From the NCBI GenBank assembly GCA_026770705.1, contig JANJGN010000002.1, positions 106,888,001 to 106,952,000 of the forward strand: 64,000 bases of DNA, given 5' to 3'. Source of the DNA: Isurus oxyrinchus. Taxonomy: Eukaryota. Position numbers and translations under genes: made by a program. Positions 37,864 through 51,636 of the stretch are shown here, piece by piece (positions within the stretch are counted from its first letter, which is position 1; every line of letters starts with the position of its first letter). The notes beneath the pieces were generated by a model. The model ran no database searches. It was given only the letters and a program-made list of their open reading frames with translations, and was not told the DNA's origin.

Positions 37864-40045
37864 TTACTTCTCCAATGTGCAAAAACAGATGCCATTCAAA
37901 CTATTTTTTCTGCCTGACTACTTTTTCTGCATATCAGTAGCGTTCCAGCGTGTTGCAATGCACAGCATTATTACAGCAGCCTTTCCAAAAAAAACACCAT
38001 GAATCGATGCACTTTCCCAATCCTGATGCTGTCACGACGCTAGGTCTTTTCACTCTTGATGCTTTCTACCTTCTGTGTTTCGCATTCCCCTCATAGCTGA
38101 GCCCTCGCTGACTGTTCTCAACTGTGTCTCCGCGTGCCATGATAATTCTTCAAGCAAGCTGCTCATATTGAAAACAACACCCATAGATTGCGTCAGCTAC
38201 CGGATTGATCAATTGCCTCCACAGGCCCCTTCTCGTCTTCAAAGCACCAGTATAGTACGACTCCTTGCTTTAGTTTGTAACAACAAACAAATGTATTGTA
38301 CTGAACAAGCAAGGAAATAACAGAAGTTTAAGACATACCTTTTCAAAGTTCATTCATAACTTTCCTAACTCCATGTTTAAGGGAAACCAGTAAATGTTCT
38401 GCAAAGATAAAAGCAAAATGCTGCACATGCTGGGAAACTGAAGCAAAAACAAAAATAGCTGGAAAACGCAGCAGGTCTGACAGCATCCGTGGAGAGGAAG
38501 TCAGAGTTATCGTTTCCAGTCCGTATGAGTCTTCATCAGACCTCCATCAGAAGTGGTCTGCAAAGCTGCGCTAAACTGAGCGTAATCCAATGCCACATTT
38601 TACCCATCTGTTTGGCTTTACTTCAACATCAATGAGTACTCTCTTCTTGAATGACAGGCTTCGTGGCACCCAGGCGCATTATCTTTGAAAGTCATTGATT
38701 TCAAAGCGAAAGTCATTGATTGAAAGGCTTTTGTTTGCAATGTACAAAGTATCCAATCAATTCATACTAAGCTTCTTATCAGACACGTCAAGATAAAGAC
38801 AGACTTGCATTATTTATCACTTCTCAAGTCCTCTGGACGTCCCAAATGTCATCACTGCTAATCACGTGTTTGTGACGTCTAGTCACTTGTGATGTAGGAA
38901 ATGCGGCAAGTAATGTGCACACAACAAACAGCAATGTGAGAATCACCAGGTAAAATGTTGTCATAAAGTGGATTCAAGACAAAACGTTGCTCACGCTACT
39001 GGGGAAGAACATGCTGCTCATATCTGAACAGAATAACCAGCACGGTTTCTTTTCAACTGAATACCTTCAGTCCACTCTCCAGAAACCTGACTCGGGACAA
39101 GCAACTTGGAAGTTGAAACTTTGTTCGAGCTAAGTGAGGGTGTTATATCTGTCAGTGAAGCTGCTTCTTCGGAACTTTTTCATTATGACTGAATAAATTG
39201 GACCAATGCCAAGCCTCACTCAGAGATCCAGGTCACTTTTTGCCCCAAATGTTTCGGAGTTCCACAAGTGACTACGCATGCCTGCATGTTAGCATTTAAA
39301 TGCAGTTTTTGTGCAAAAGCACAAGCTTGTGCTGTAGCATTCTTGCCTCTCACTTGCAGAACTGTAATTTCAAGCCAAATCGCAAGGTTGGAGTGCAAAA
39401 ATGCAGTTGACACACAAGTGATTTACTGAGGGTGTGCTGCGCTCTCAGAAGTGCTATGACGTGCATTTTACTTGAATCCGAAGCCATATCTCCCTTCTCT
39501 TTGGGATGGTAAGAGGTCCCCTGGCGCTATTCCAATGAATAACAGGGGGCTCCTACCTGCTGTCGTGGGCAATATTTAGCTCTCGGTCAGTATCATAAAA
39601 GACACGCACTATCTCCTCGATGCCGAATTGCTGTCTGGCGTTTGCAAGCTACCTGCACGTTGGTGACATTAGAGCAGTGAACACATTTGAAACGCATTTC
39701 TTTGCCTGGAAAGTGCTTTCAGATTCGTGGCAATGATCAAACGCGCTCTATAAATGTGTCGCTGTTTTAACATATTGAGCCTTGACGAGAGTGCACAAAA
39801 AATCAATTACCCCAAAGAGCAATGTTGAACATGAATTTGCATATCGTGCAAGATTTGAAGCTGGCATGAGCGATGCTTGTTGCAGTCAATATTCTGGCAT
39901 TGTAAAGAAAGATTTCCATGATTTTAGTCGCTGGAAATTGGTGTCTTTTCATATTCTGAGTCTTTAGGAGAACTGTTAGTTTGTCACCACGGCTTTAGGA
40001 GAGGGCTCTCACTTCTCACCAAGGATATTGTACCTGCTCTTTCAT

Positions 40046-40160
40046 AAGCTCCCAATTTTCTTCAATTCGTATAAATTTTTCGCCTTTTACTAAAGATTTC
40101 CGTGAAGAGAATTGATTGAGAATTTTGAAGCAATTTTTGAATGCCTGACCTCAGGCCGGT
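40046..40160 (+). ncRNA. RNU5: U5 snRNA copy 18
   Basis: As copy 17, plus AAATTTTT and a 3' hairpin change. Confidence 0.91.
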
Positions 40161-42340
40161 TTACTTGTCCAATGTGCAAAAACAGATGCCATTCAAACTA
40201 TTTTTTCTGCCTGACTAATTTTTCTGCATATCAGTAGCGTTCCAGCGTGTTGCAATGCACAGCATTATTACAGCAGCCTTTCCAAAAAAAACACCATGAA
40301 TCGATGCACTTTCCCAATCCTGATGCTGTCACGACGCTAGGTCTTTTCACTCTTGATGCTTTCTACCTTCTGTGTTTCGCATTCCCCTCATAGCTGAGCC
40401 CTCGCTGACTGTTCTCAACTGTGTCTCCGCGTGCCATGATAATTCTTCAAGCAAGCTGCTCATATTGAAAACAACACCCATAGATTGCGTCAGCTACCGG
40501 ATTGATCAATTGCCTCCACAGGCCCCTTCTCGTCTTCAAAGCACCAGTATAGTACGACTCCTTGCTTTAGTTTGTAACAACAAACAAATGTATTGTACTG
40601 AACAAGCAAGGAAATAACAGAAGTTTAAGACATACCTTTTCAAAGTTCATTCATAACTTTCCTAACTCCATGTTTAAGGGAAACCAGTAAATGTTCTGCA
40701 AAGATAAAAGCAAAATGCTGCACATGCTGGGAAACTGAAGCAAAAACAAAAATAGCTGGAAAACGCAGCAGGTCTGACAGCATCCGTGGAGAGGAAGTCA
40801 GAGTTATCGTTTCCAGTCCGTATGAGTCTTCATCAGACCTCCATCAGAAGTGGTCTGCAAAGCTGCGCTAAACTGAGCGTAATCCAATGCCACATTTTAC
40901 CCATCTGTTTGGCTTTACTTCAACATCAATGAGTACTCTCTTCTTGAATGACAGGCTTCGTGGCACCCAGGCGCATTATCTTTGAAAGTCATTGATTTCA
41001 AAGCGAAAGTCATTGATTGAAAGGCTTTTGTTTGCAATGTACAAAGTATCCAATCAATTCATACTAAGCTTCTTATCAGACACGTCAAGATAAAGACAGA
41101 CTTGCATTATTTATCACTTCTCAAGTCCTCTGGACGTCCCAAATGTCATCACTGCTAATCACGTGTTTGTGACGACAAGTCACTTGTGATGTAGGAAATG
41201 CGGCAAGTAATGTGCACACAACAAACAGCAATGTGAGAATCACCAGGTAAAATGTTGTCATAAAGTGGATTCAAGACAAAACGTTGCTCACGCTACTGGA
41301 GAAGAACATGCTGCTCATATCTGAACAGAATAACCAGCACGGTTTCTTTTCAACTGAATACCTTCAGTCCACTCTCCAGAAACCTGACTCGGGACAAGCA
41401 ACTTGGAAGTTGAAACTTTGTTCGAGCTAAGTGAGGGTGTTATATCTGTCAGTGAAGCTGCTTCTTCAGAACATTTTCATTATGACTGAATAAATTGGAC
41501 CAGTGCCAAGCCTCACTCAGAGATCCAGGTCACTTTTTGCCCCAAATGTTTCGGAGTTCCACAAGTGACTACGCATGCCTGCATTTTAGCATTTAAATGC
41601 AGTTTTTGTGCAAAAGCACAAGCTTGTGCTGTAGCACTCTTCCTCTCACTTGCAGAACTGTAATTTCAAGCCAAATCGCAAGTTTTGAGTGCAACAATGC
41701 AGTTCACACACAAATGGTTTACTGAGGGTGTGCTGCACTCTCAGAAGTGCTATGACATGCATTTTACGTGAATCCGAAGCCACATCTCCCTTCTCTTGGG
41801 ATGGTAAGAGGTCCCCTGGCGCTATTCCAATGAATAACAGGGGGCTCCTACCTGCTGGCGTGGGCAATATTTAGCTCTCGGTCAGTATCATAAAAGACAC
41901 GCACTATCTCCTCGTTGCCGAATTGCTGTCTGGCGTTTGCAAGTTACCTGCACGTTGGTGACATTAGAGCAGTGAACACATTTGAAACGCATTTCTTTGC
42001 CTGGAAAATGCTTTCAGATTCGTGGCAATGATCAAACGCGCTCTATAAATGTGTCGCTGTTTTAACATATTGAGCCTTGACGAGAGTGCACAAAAAATCA
42101 ATTACCCCAAAGAGCAATGTTGAACATGAATTTGCATATCGTGCAAGATTTGAAGCTGGCATGAGCGATGCTTGTTGCAGTCAATATTCTGGCATTGTAA
42201 AGAAAGATTTCCATGATTTTAGTCGCTGGAAATTGGTGTCTTTTCATATTCTGAGTCTTTAGGAGAACTGTTAGTTTGTCACCACGGCTTTAGGAGAGGG
42301 CTCTCACTTCTCACCAAGGATATTGTACCTGCTCTTTCAT

Positions 42341-42455
42341 AAGCTCCCAATTTTCTTCAATTCGTATAAATCTTTCGCCATTTACTAAAGATTTCCGTGG
42401 AGAGAATTGATTGAGAATTTTGAAGCAATTTTTGATTGCCTGACCTCAGGCAGGT
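42341..42455 (+). ncRNA. RNU5: U5 snRNA copy 19 (loop 1 variant GCCAUUUAC)
   Basis: TTTCGCCATTTACTAAAG. Confidence 0.88.
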
Positions 42456-44635
42456 CTACTTGTCCAATGTGCAAAAACAGATGCCATTCAAACTATTTTT
42501 TCTGCCTGACTACTTTTTCTGCATATCAGTAGCGTTCCAGCGTGTTGCAATGCACAGCATTATTACAGCAGCCTTTCCAAAAAAAACACCATGAATCGAT
42601 GCACTTTCCCAATCCTGATGCTGTCACGACGCTAGGTCTTTTCACTCTTGATGCTTTCTACCTTCTGTGTTTCGCATTCCCCTCATAGCTGAGCCCTCGC
42701 TGACTGTTCTCAACTGTGTCTCCGCGTGCCATGATAATTCTTCAAGCAAGCTGCTCATATTGAAAACAACACCCATAGATTGCGTCAGCTACCGGATTGA
42801 TCAATTGCCTCCACAGGCCCCTTCTCGTCTTCAAAGCACCAGTATAGTACGACTCCTTGCTTTAGTTTGTAACAACAAACAAATGTATTGTACTGAACAA
42901 GCAAGGAAATAACAGAAGTTTAAGACATACCTTTTCAAAGTTCATTCATAACTTTCCTAACTCCATGTTTAAGGGAAACCAGTAAATGTTCTGCAAAGAT
43001 AAAAGCAAAATGCTGCACATGCTGGGAAACTGAAGCAAAAACAAAAATAGCTGGAAAACGCAGCAGGTCTGACAGCATCCGTGGAGAGGAAGTCAGAGTT
43101 ATCGTTTCCAGTCCGTATGAGTCTTCATCAGACCTCCATCAGAAGTGGTCTGCAAAGCTGCGCTAAACTGAGCGTAATCCAATGCCACATTTTACCCATC
43201 TGTTTGGCTTTACTTCAACATCAATGAGTATTCTCTTCTTGAATGACAGGCTTCGTGGCACCCAGGCGCATTATCTTTGAAAGTCATTGATTTCAAAGCG
43301 AAAGTCATTGATTGAAAGGCTTTTGTTTGCAATGTACAAAGTATCCAATCAATTCATACTTAGCTTCTTATCAGACACGTCAAGATAAAGACAGACTTGC
43401 ATTATTTATCACTTCTCAAGTCCTCTGGACGTCCCAAATGTCATCACTGCTAATCACGTGTTTGTGACGACTAGTCACTTGTGATGTAGGAAATGCGGCA
43501 AGTAATGTGCACACAACAAACAGCAATGTGAGAATCACCAGGTAAAATGTTGTCATAAAGTGGATTCAAGACAAAACGTTGATCACGATATTGGAGAAGA
43601 ACATGCTGCTCATATCTGAACAGAATAACCAGCACGGTTTCTTTTCAACTGTATACCTTCAGTCCACTCTCCAGAAACCTGACTCGGGACAAGCAACTTG
43701 GAAGTTGAAACTTTGTTCGAGCTAAGTGAGGGTGTTATATCTGTCAGTGAAGCTGCTTCTTCAGAACTTTTTCATTATCACTGAATAAATTGGACCAATG
43801 CCAAGCCTCACTCAGAGATCCAGGTCACTTTTTGCCCCAAATGTTTCGGAGTTCCACAAGTGACTACACATGCCTGCATGTTAGCATTTAAATGCAGTTT
43901 TTGGGCAAAGGCACAAGCTTGTGCTGTAGCACTCTTCCTCTCACTTGCAGAAATGTAATTTCAAGCCAAATCGCAAGTTTTGAGTGCAACAATGCAGTTC
44001 ACACACAAATGGTTTACTGAGGGTGTGCTGCGCTCTCAGAAGTGCTATGACATGCATTTTACGTGAATCCGAAGCCACATCTCCCTTCTCTTGGGATGGT
44101 AAGAGGTCCCCTGGCGCTATTCCAATGAATAACAGGGGGCTCCTACCTGCTGGCGTGGGCAATATTTAGCTCTCGGTCAGTATCATAAAAGACACGCACT
44201 ATCTCCTCGTTGCCGAATTGCTGTCTGGCGTTTGCAAGTTACCTGCACGTTGGTGACATTAGAGCAGTGAACACATTTGAAACGCATTTCTTTGCCTGGA
44301 AAATGCTTTCAGATTCGTGGCAATGATCAAACGCGCTCTATAAATGTGTCGCTGTTTTAACATATTGAGCCTTGACGAGAGTGCACAAAAAATCAATTAC
44401 CCCAAAGTGCAATGTTGAACATGAATTTGCATATCGTGCAAGATTTGCAGCTGGCATGAGCGATGCTTGTTGCAGTCAATATTCTGGCATTGTAAAGAAA
44501 GATTTCCATGATTTTAGTCGCTGGAAATTGGTGTCTTTTCATATTCTGAGTCTTTAGGAGAACTGTTAGTTTGTAACCATGGCTTTAGGAGAGGGCTCTC
44601 ACTTCTCACCAAGGATATTGTACCTGCTCTTTTAT

Positions 44636-44750
44636 AAGCTCCCAATTCTCTTCAATTCGTATAAATCTTTCGCCTTTTACTAAAGATTTCCGTGGAGAGA
44701 ATTGATTGAGAATTTTGAAGCTATTTTTGAATGCCTGACCTCAGGCAGGT
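44636..44750 (+). ncRNA. RNU5: U5 snRNA copy 20
   Basis: Loop 1 intact; Sm site UAUUUUUG; PSE begins TAACC. Confidence 0.92.
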
Positions 44751-46931
44751 TTACTTGTCCAATGTGCAAAAACAGATGCCATTCAAGCTATTTTTTCTGC
44801 CTGACTACTTTTTCTGCATATCAGTAGTGCTCCAGCGTGTTGCAATGCACAGCATTATTACAGCAGCCTTTCCAAAAAAAACACCATGAATCGATGCACT
44901 TTCCCAATCCTGATGCTGTCACGACGCTAGGTCTTTTCACTCTTGATGCTTTCTACCTTCTGTGTTTCGCATTCCCCTCATAGCTGAGCCCTCGCTGACT
45001 GTTCTCAACTGTGTCTCCGCGTGCCTTGATAATTCTTCAAGCAAGCTTCTCATATTGAAAACAACACCCATAGATTGCGTCAGCTACCGGATTGATCAAT
45101 TGCCTCCACAGGCCCCTTCTCGTCTTCAAAGCACCAGTATAGTACGACTCCTTGCTTTAGTTTGTAACAACAAACAAATGTATTGTACTGAACAAGCAAG
45201 GAAATAACAGAAGTTTAAGACATACCTTTTCAAAGTTCATTCATAACTTTCCTAACTCCATGTTTAAGGGAAACCAGTAAATGTTCTGCAAAGATAAAAG
45301 CAAAATACTGCACATGCTGGGAAACTGAAGCAAAAACAAAAATAGCTGGAAAACGCAGCAGGTCTGACAGCATCTGTGGAGAGGAAGTCAGAGTTATCGT
45401 TTCCAGTCCGTATGAGTCTTCATCAGACCTCCATCAGAAGTGGTCTGCAAAGCTGCGCTAAACTGAGCGTAATCCAATGCCACATTTTACCCATCTGTTT
45501 GGCTTTACTTCAACATCAATGAGTACTCTCTTCTTGAATGACAGGCTTCGTGGCACCCAGGCGCATTATCTTTGAATGTCATTGATTTCAAAGCGAAAGT
45601 CATTGATTGAAAGGCTTTTGTTTGCAATGTACAAAGTATCCAATCAATTCATACTTAGCTTCTTATCAGACACGTCAAGATAAAGACAGACTTGCATTAT
45701 TTATCACTTCTCAAGTCCTCTGGACGTCCCAAATGTCATCACTGCTAATCACGTGTTTGTGACGTCTAGTCACTTGTGATGTAGGAAATGCGGCAAGTAA
45801 TGTGCACACAACAAACAGCAATGTGAGAATCACCAGGTAAAATGTTGTCATAAAGTGGATTCAAGACAAAACGTTGCTCACGCTACTGGGGAAGAACATG
45901 CTGCTCATATCTGAACAGAATAACCAGCACGGTTTCTTTTCAACTGAATACCTTCAGTCCACTCTCCAGAAACCTGACTCGGGACAAGCAACTTGGAAGT
46001 TGAAACTTTGTTCGAGCTAAGTGAGGGTGTTATATCTGTCAGTGAAGCTGCTTCTTCAGAACTTTTTCATTATCACTGAATAAATTGGACCAATGCCAAG
46101 CCTCACTCAGAGATCCAGGTCACTTTTTGCCCCAAATGTTTCGGAGTTCCACAAGTGACTACGCATGCCTGCATGTTAGCATGTAAATGCAGTTTTTGGG
46201 CAAAAGCACAAGCTTGTGCTGTAGCATTCTTGCCTCTCACTTGCAGAACTGTAATTTCAAGCCAAATCGCAAGGTTGGAGTGCAAAAATGCAGTTGACAC
46301 ACAAGTGATTTACTGAGGGTGTGCTGCGCTCTCAGAAGTGCTATGACGTGCATTTTACTTGAATCCGAAGCCATATCTCCCTTCTCTTGGGATGGTAAGA
46401 GGTCCCCTGGCGCTATTCCAATGAATAACAGGGGGCTCCTACCTGCTGTCGTGGGCAATATTTAGCTCTCGGTCAGTATCATAAAAGACACGCACTATCT
46501 CCTCGATGCCGAATTGCTGTCTGGCGTTTGCAAGCTACCTGCACGTTGGTGACATTAGAGCAGTGAACACATTTGAAACGCATTTCTTTGCCTGGAAAGT
46601 GCTTTCAGATTCGTGGCAATGATCAAACGCGCTCTATAAATGTGTCGCTGTTTTAACATATTGAGCCTTGACGAGAGTGCACAAAAAATCAATTACCCCA
46701 AAGAGCAATGTTGAACATGAATTTGCATATCGTGCAAGATTTGAAGCTGGCATGAGCGATGCTTGTTGCAGTCAATATTCTGGCATTGTAAAGAAAGATT
46801 TCCATGATTTTAGTCGCTGGAAATTGGTGTCTTTTCATATTCTGAGTCTTTAGGAGAACTGTTAGTTTGTCACCACGGCTTTAGGAGAGGGCTCTCACTT
46901 CTCACCAAGGATATTGTACCTGCTCTTTCAT

Positions 46932-47046
46932 AAGCTCCCAATTTTCTTCAATTCGTATAAATCTTTCGCCTTTTACTAAAGATTTCCGTGGAGAGAATTG
47001 ATTGAGAGTTTTGAAGTAATTTTTGAATACCTGACCTCAGGCAGGT
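46932..47046 (+). ncRNA. RNU5: U5 snRNA copy 21
   Basis: Loop 1 and Sm site intact; mismatch in the 3' hairpin. Confidence 0.91.
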
Positions 47047-49226
47047 TTACTTCTCCAATGTGCAAAAATAGATGCCATTCAAACTATTTTTTCTGCCTGA
47101 CTACTTTTTCTGCATATCAGTAGTGTTCCAGCGTGTTGCAATGCACAGCATTATTACAGCAGCCTTTCCAAAAAAAACACCATGAATCGATGCACTTTCC
47201 CAATCCTGATGCTGTCACGACGCTAGGTCTTTTCACTCTTGATGCTTTCTACCTTCTGTGTTTCGCATTCCCCTCATAGCTGAGCCCTCGCTGACTGTTC
47301 TCAACTGTGTCTCCGCGTGCCTTGATAATTCTTCAAGCAAGCTGCTCATATTGAAAACAACACCCATAGATTGCGTCTGCTACCGGATTGATCAATTGCC
47401 TCCACAGGCCCCTTCTCGTCTTCAAAGCACCAGTATATTACGACTCCTTGCTTTAGTTTGTAACAACAAACAAATGTATTGTACTGAACAAGCAAGGAAA
47501 TAACAGAAGTTTAAGACATACCTTTTCAAAGTTCATTCATAACTTTCCTAACTCCATGTTTAAGGGAAACCAGTAAATGTTCTGCAAAGATAAAAGCAAA
47601 ATACTGCACATGCTGGGAAGCTGAAGCAAAAACAAAAATAGCTGGAAAACTCAGCAGGTCTGACAGCATCTGTGGAGAGGAAGTCAGAGTTATCGTTTCC
47701 AGTCCGTATGAGTCTTCATCAGACCTCCATCAGAAGTGGTCTGCAAAGCTGCGCTAAACTGAGCGTAATCCAATGCCACATTTTACCCATCTGTTTGGCT
47801 TTACTTCAACATCAATGAGTACTCTCTTCTTGAATGACAGGCTTCGTGGCACCCAGGCGCATTATCTTTGAAAGTCATTGATTTCAAAGCGAAAGTCATT
47901 GATTGAAAGGCTTTTGTTTGCAATGTACAAAGTATCCAATCAATTCATACTTAGCTTCTTATCAGACACGTCAAGATAAAGACAGACTTGCATTATTTAT
48001 CACTTCTCAAGTCCTCTGGACGTCCCAAATGTCATCACTGCTAATCACGTGTTTGTGACGACAAGTCACTTGTGATGTAGGAAATGCGGCAAGTAATGTG
48101 CACACAACAAACAGCAATGTGAGAATCACCAGGTAAAATGTTGTCATAAAGTGGATTCAAGACAAAACGTTGATCACGATACTGGAGAAGAACATGCTGC
48201 TCATATCTGAACAGAATAACCAGCACGGTTTCTTTTCAACTGTATACCTTCAGTCCACTCTCCAGAAACCTGACTCGGGACAAGCAACTTGGAAGTTGAA
48301 ACTTTGTTCGAGCTAAGTGAGGGTGTTATATCTGTCAGTGAAGCTGCTTCTTCAGAACTTTTTCATTATGACTGAATAAATTGGACCAATGCCAAGCCTC
48401 ACTCAGAGATCCAGGTCACTTTTTGCCCCAAATGTTTCGGAGTTCCACAAGTGACTACGCATGCCTGCATGTTAGCATTTAAATGCAGTTTTTGGGCAAA
48501 AGCACAAGCTTGTGCTGTAGCACTCTTCCTCTCACTTGCAGAAATGTAATTTCAAGCCAAATCGCAAGTTTTGAGTGCAACAATGCAGTTCACACACAAA
48601 TGGTTTACTGAGGGTGTGCTGCGCTCTCAGAAGTGCTATGACATGCATTTTACGTGAATCCGAAGCCACATCTCCCTTCTCTTGGGATGGTAAGAGGTCC
48701 CCTGGCGCTATTCCAATGAATAACAGGGGGCTCCTACCTGCTGGCGTGGGCAATATTTAGCTCTCGGTCAGTATCATAAAAGACACGCACTATCTCCTCG
48801 TTGCCGAATTGCTGTCTGGCGTTTGCAAGTTACCTGCACGTTGGTGACATTAGAGCAGTGAAAACATTTGAAACGCATTTCTTTGCCTGGAAAATGCTTT
48901 CAGATTCGTGGCAATGATCAAACGCGCTCTATAAATGTGTCGCTGTTTTAACATATTGAGCCTTGACGAGAGTGCACAAAAAATCAATTACCCCAAAGTG
49001 CAATGTTGAACATGAATTTGCATATCGTGCAAGATTTGCAGCTGGCATGAGCGATGCTTGTTGCAGTCAATATTCTGGCATTGTAAAGAAAGATTTCCAT
49101 GATTTTAGTCGCTGGAAATTGGTGTCTTTTCATATTCTGAGTCTTTAGGAGAACTGTTAGTTTGTAACCATGGCTTTAGGAGAGGGCTCTCACTTCTCAC
49201 CAAGGATATTGTACCTGCTCTTTTAT

Positions 49227-49341
49227 AAGCTCCCAATTCTCTTCAATTCGTATAAATCTTTCGCCTTTTACTAAAGATTTCCGTGGAGAGAATTGATTGA
49301 GAATTTTGAAGCTATTTTTGAATGCCTGACCTCAGGCAGGT
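49227..49341 (+). ncRNA. RNU5: U5 snRNA copy 22
   Basis: Same as copy 20. Confidence 0.92.
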
Positions 49342-51521
49342 TTACTTGTCCAATGTGCAAAAACAGATGCCATTCAAGCTATTTTTTCTGCCTGACTACT
49401 TTTTCTGCATATCAGTAGTGCTCCAGCGTGTTGCAATGCACAGCATTATTACAGCAGCCTTTCCAAAAAAAACACCATGAATCGATGCACTTTCCCAATC
49501 CTGATGCTGTCACGACGCTAGGTCTTTTCACTCTTGATGCTTTCTACCTTCTGTGTTTCGCATTCCCCTCATAGCTGAGCCCTCGCTGACTGTTCTCAAC
49601 TGTGTCTCCGCGTGCCTTGATAATTCTTCAAGCAAGCTTCTCATATTGAAAACAACACCCATAGATTGCGTCAGCTACCGGATTGATCAATTGCCTCCAC
49701 AGGCCCCTTCTCGTCTTCAAAGCACCAGTATAGTACGACTCCTTGCTTTAGTTTGTAACAACAAACAAATGTATTGTACTGAACAAGCAAGGAAATAACA
49801 GAAGTTTAAGACATACCTTTTCAAAGTTCATTCATAACTTTCCTAACTCCATGTTTAAGGGAAACCAGTAAATGTTCTGCAAAGATAAAAGCAAAATACT
49901 GCACATGCTGGGAAACTGAAGCAAAAACAAAAATAGCTGGAAAACGCAGCAGGTCTGACAGCATCTGTGGAGAGGAAGTCAGAGTTATCGTTTCCAGTCC
50001 GTATGAGTCTTCATCAGACCTCCATCAGAAGTGGTCTGCAAAGCTGCGCTAAACTGAGCGTAATCCAATGCCACATTTTACCCATCTGTTTGGCTTTACT
50101 TCAACATCAATGAGTACTCTCTTCTTGAATGACAGGCTTCGTGGCACCCAGGCGCATTATCTTTGAATGTCATTGATTTCAAAGCTAAAGTCATTGATTG
50201 AAAGGCTTTTGTTTGCAATGTACAAAGTATCCAATCAATTCATACTTAGCTTCTTATCAGACACGTTAAGATAAAGACAGACTTGCATTATTTATCACTT
50301 CTCAAGTCCTCTGGACGTCCCAAATGTCATCACTGCTAATCACGTGTTTGTGACGTCTAGTCACTTGTGATGTAGGAAATGCGGCAAGTAATGTGCACAC
50401 AACAAACAGCAATGTGAGAATCACCAGGTAAAATGTTGTCATAAAGTGGATTCAAGACAAAACGTTGCTCACGCTACTGGGGAAGAACATGCTGCTCATA
50501 TCTGAACAGAATAACCAGCACGGTTTCTTTTCAACTGAATACCTTCAGTCCACTCTCCAGAAACCTGACTCGGGACAAGCAACTTGGAAGTTGAAACTTT
50601 GTTCGAGCTAAGTGAGGGTGTTATATCTGTCAGTGAAGCTGCTTCTTCAGAACATTTTCATTATGACTGAATAAATTGGACCAGTGCCAAGCCTCACTCA
50701 GAGATCCAGGTCACTTTTTGCCCCAAATGTTTCGGAGTTCCACAAGTGACTACGCATGCCTGCATTTTAGCATTTAAATGCAGTTTTTGTGCAAAAGCAC
50801 AAGCTTGTGCTGTAGCACTCTTCCTCTCACTTGCAGAAATGTAATTTCAAGCCAAATCGCAAGTTTTGAGTGCAACAATGCAGTTCACACACAAATGGTT
50901 TACTGAGGGTGTGCTGCGCTCTCAGAAGTGCTATGACATGCATTTTACGTGAATCCGAAGCCACATCTCCCTTCTCTTGGGATGGTAAGAGGTCCCCTGG
51001 CGCTATTCCAATGAATAACAGGGGGCTCCTACCTGCTGGCGTGGGCAATATTTAGCTCTCGGTCAGTATCATAAAAGACACGCACTATCTCCTCGTTGCC
51101 GAATTGCTGTCTGGCGTTTGCAAGTTACCTGCACGTTGGTGACATTAGAGCAGTGAACACATTTGAAACACATTTCTTTGCCTGGAAAGTGCTTTCAGAT
51201 TCGTGGCAATGATCAAACGCGCTCTATAAATGTGTCGCTGTTTTAACATATTGAGCCTCGACGAGAGTGCACAAAAAATCAATTACCCCAAAGTGCAATG
51301 TTGAACATAAATTTGCATATCGTGCAAGATTTGCAGCTGGCATGAGCGATGCTTGTTGCAGTCAATATTCTAGCATTGTAAAGAAAGATTTCCATGATTT
51401 TAGTCACTGGAAATTGGTGTCTTTTCATATTCTGAGTCTTTAGGAGAACTGTTAGTTTGTCACCATGGCTTTAGGAGAGGGCTCTCACTTCTCACCAAGG
51501 ATATTGTACCTGCTCTTTTAC

Positions 51522-51636
51522 AAGCTCCCAATTTTCTTCAATTCGTATAAATCTTTCGCCTTTTACTAAAGATTTCCGTGGAGAAAATTGATTGAGAATT
51601 TTGAAGCAATTTTTGAATGCCTGACCTCAGGCAGGT
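51522..51636 (+). ncRNA. RNU5: U5 snRNA copy 23
   Basis: Loop 1 and Sm site intact; compensatory C-G>U-A stem change. Confidence 0.93.
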
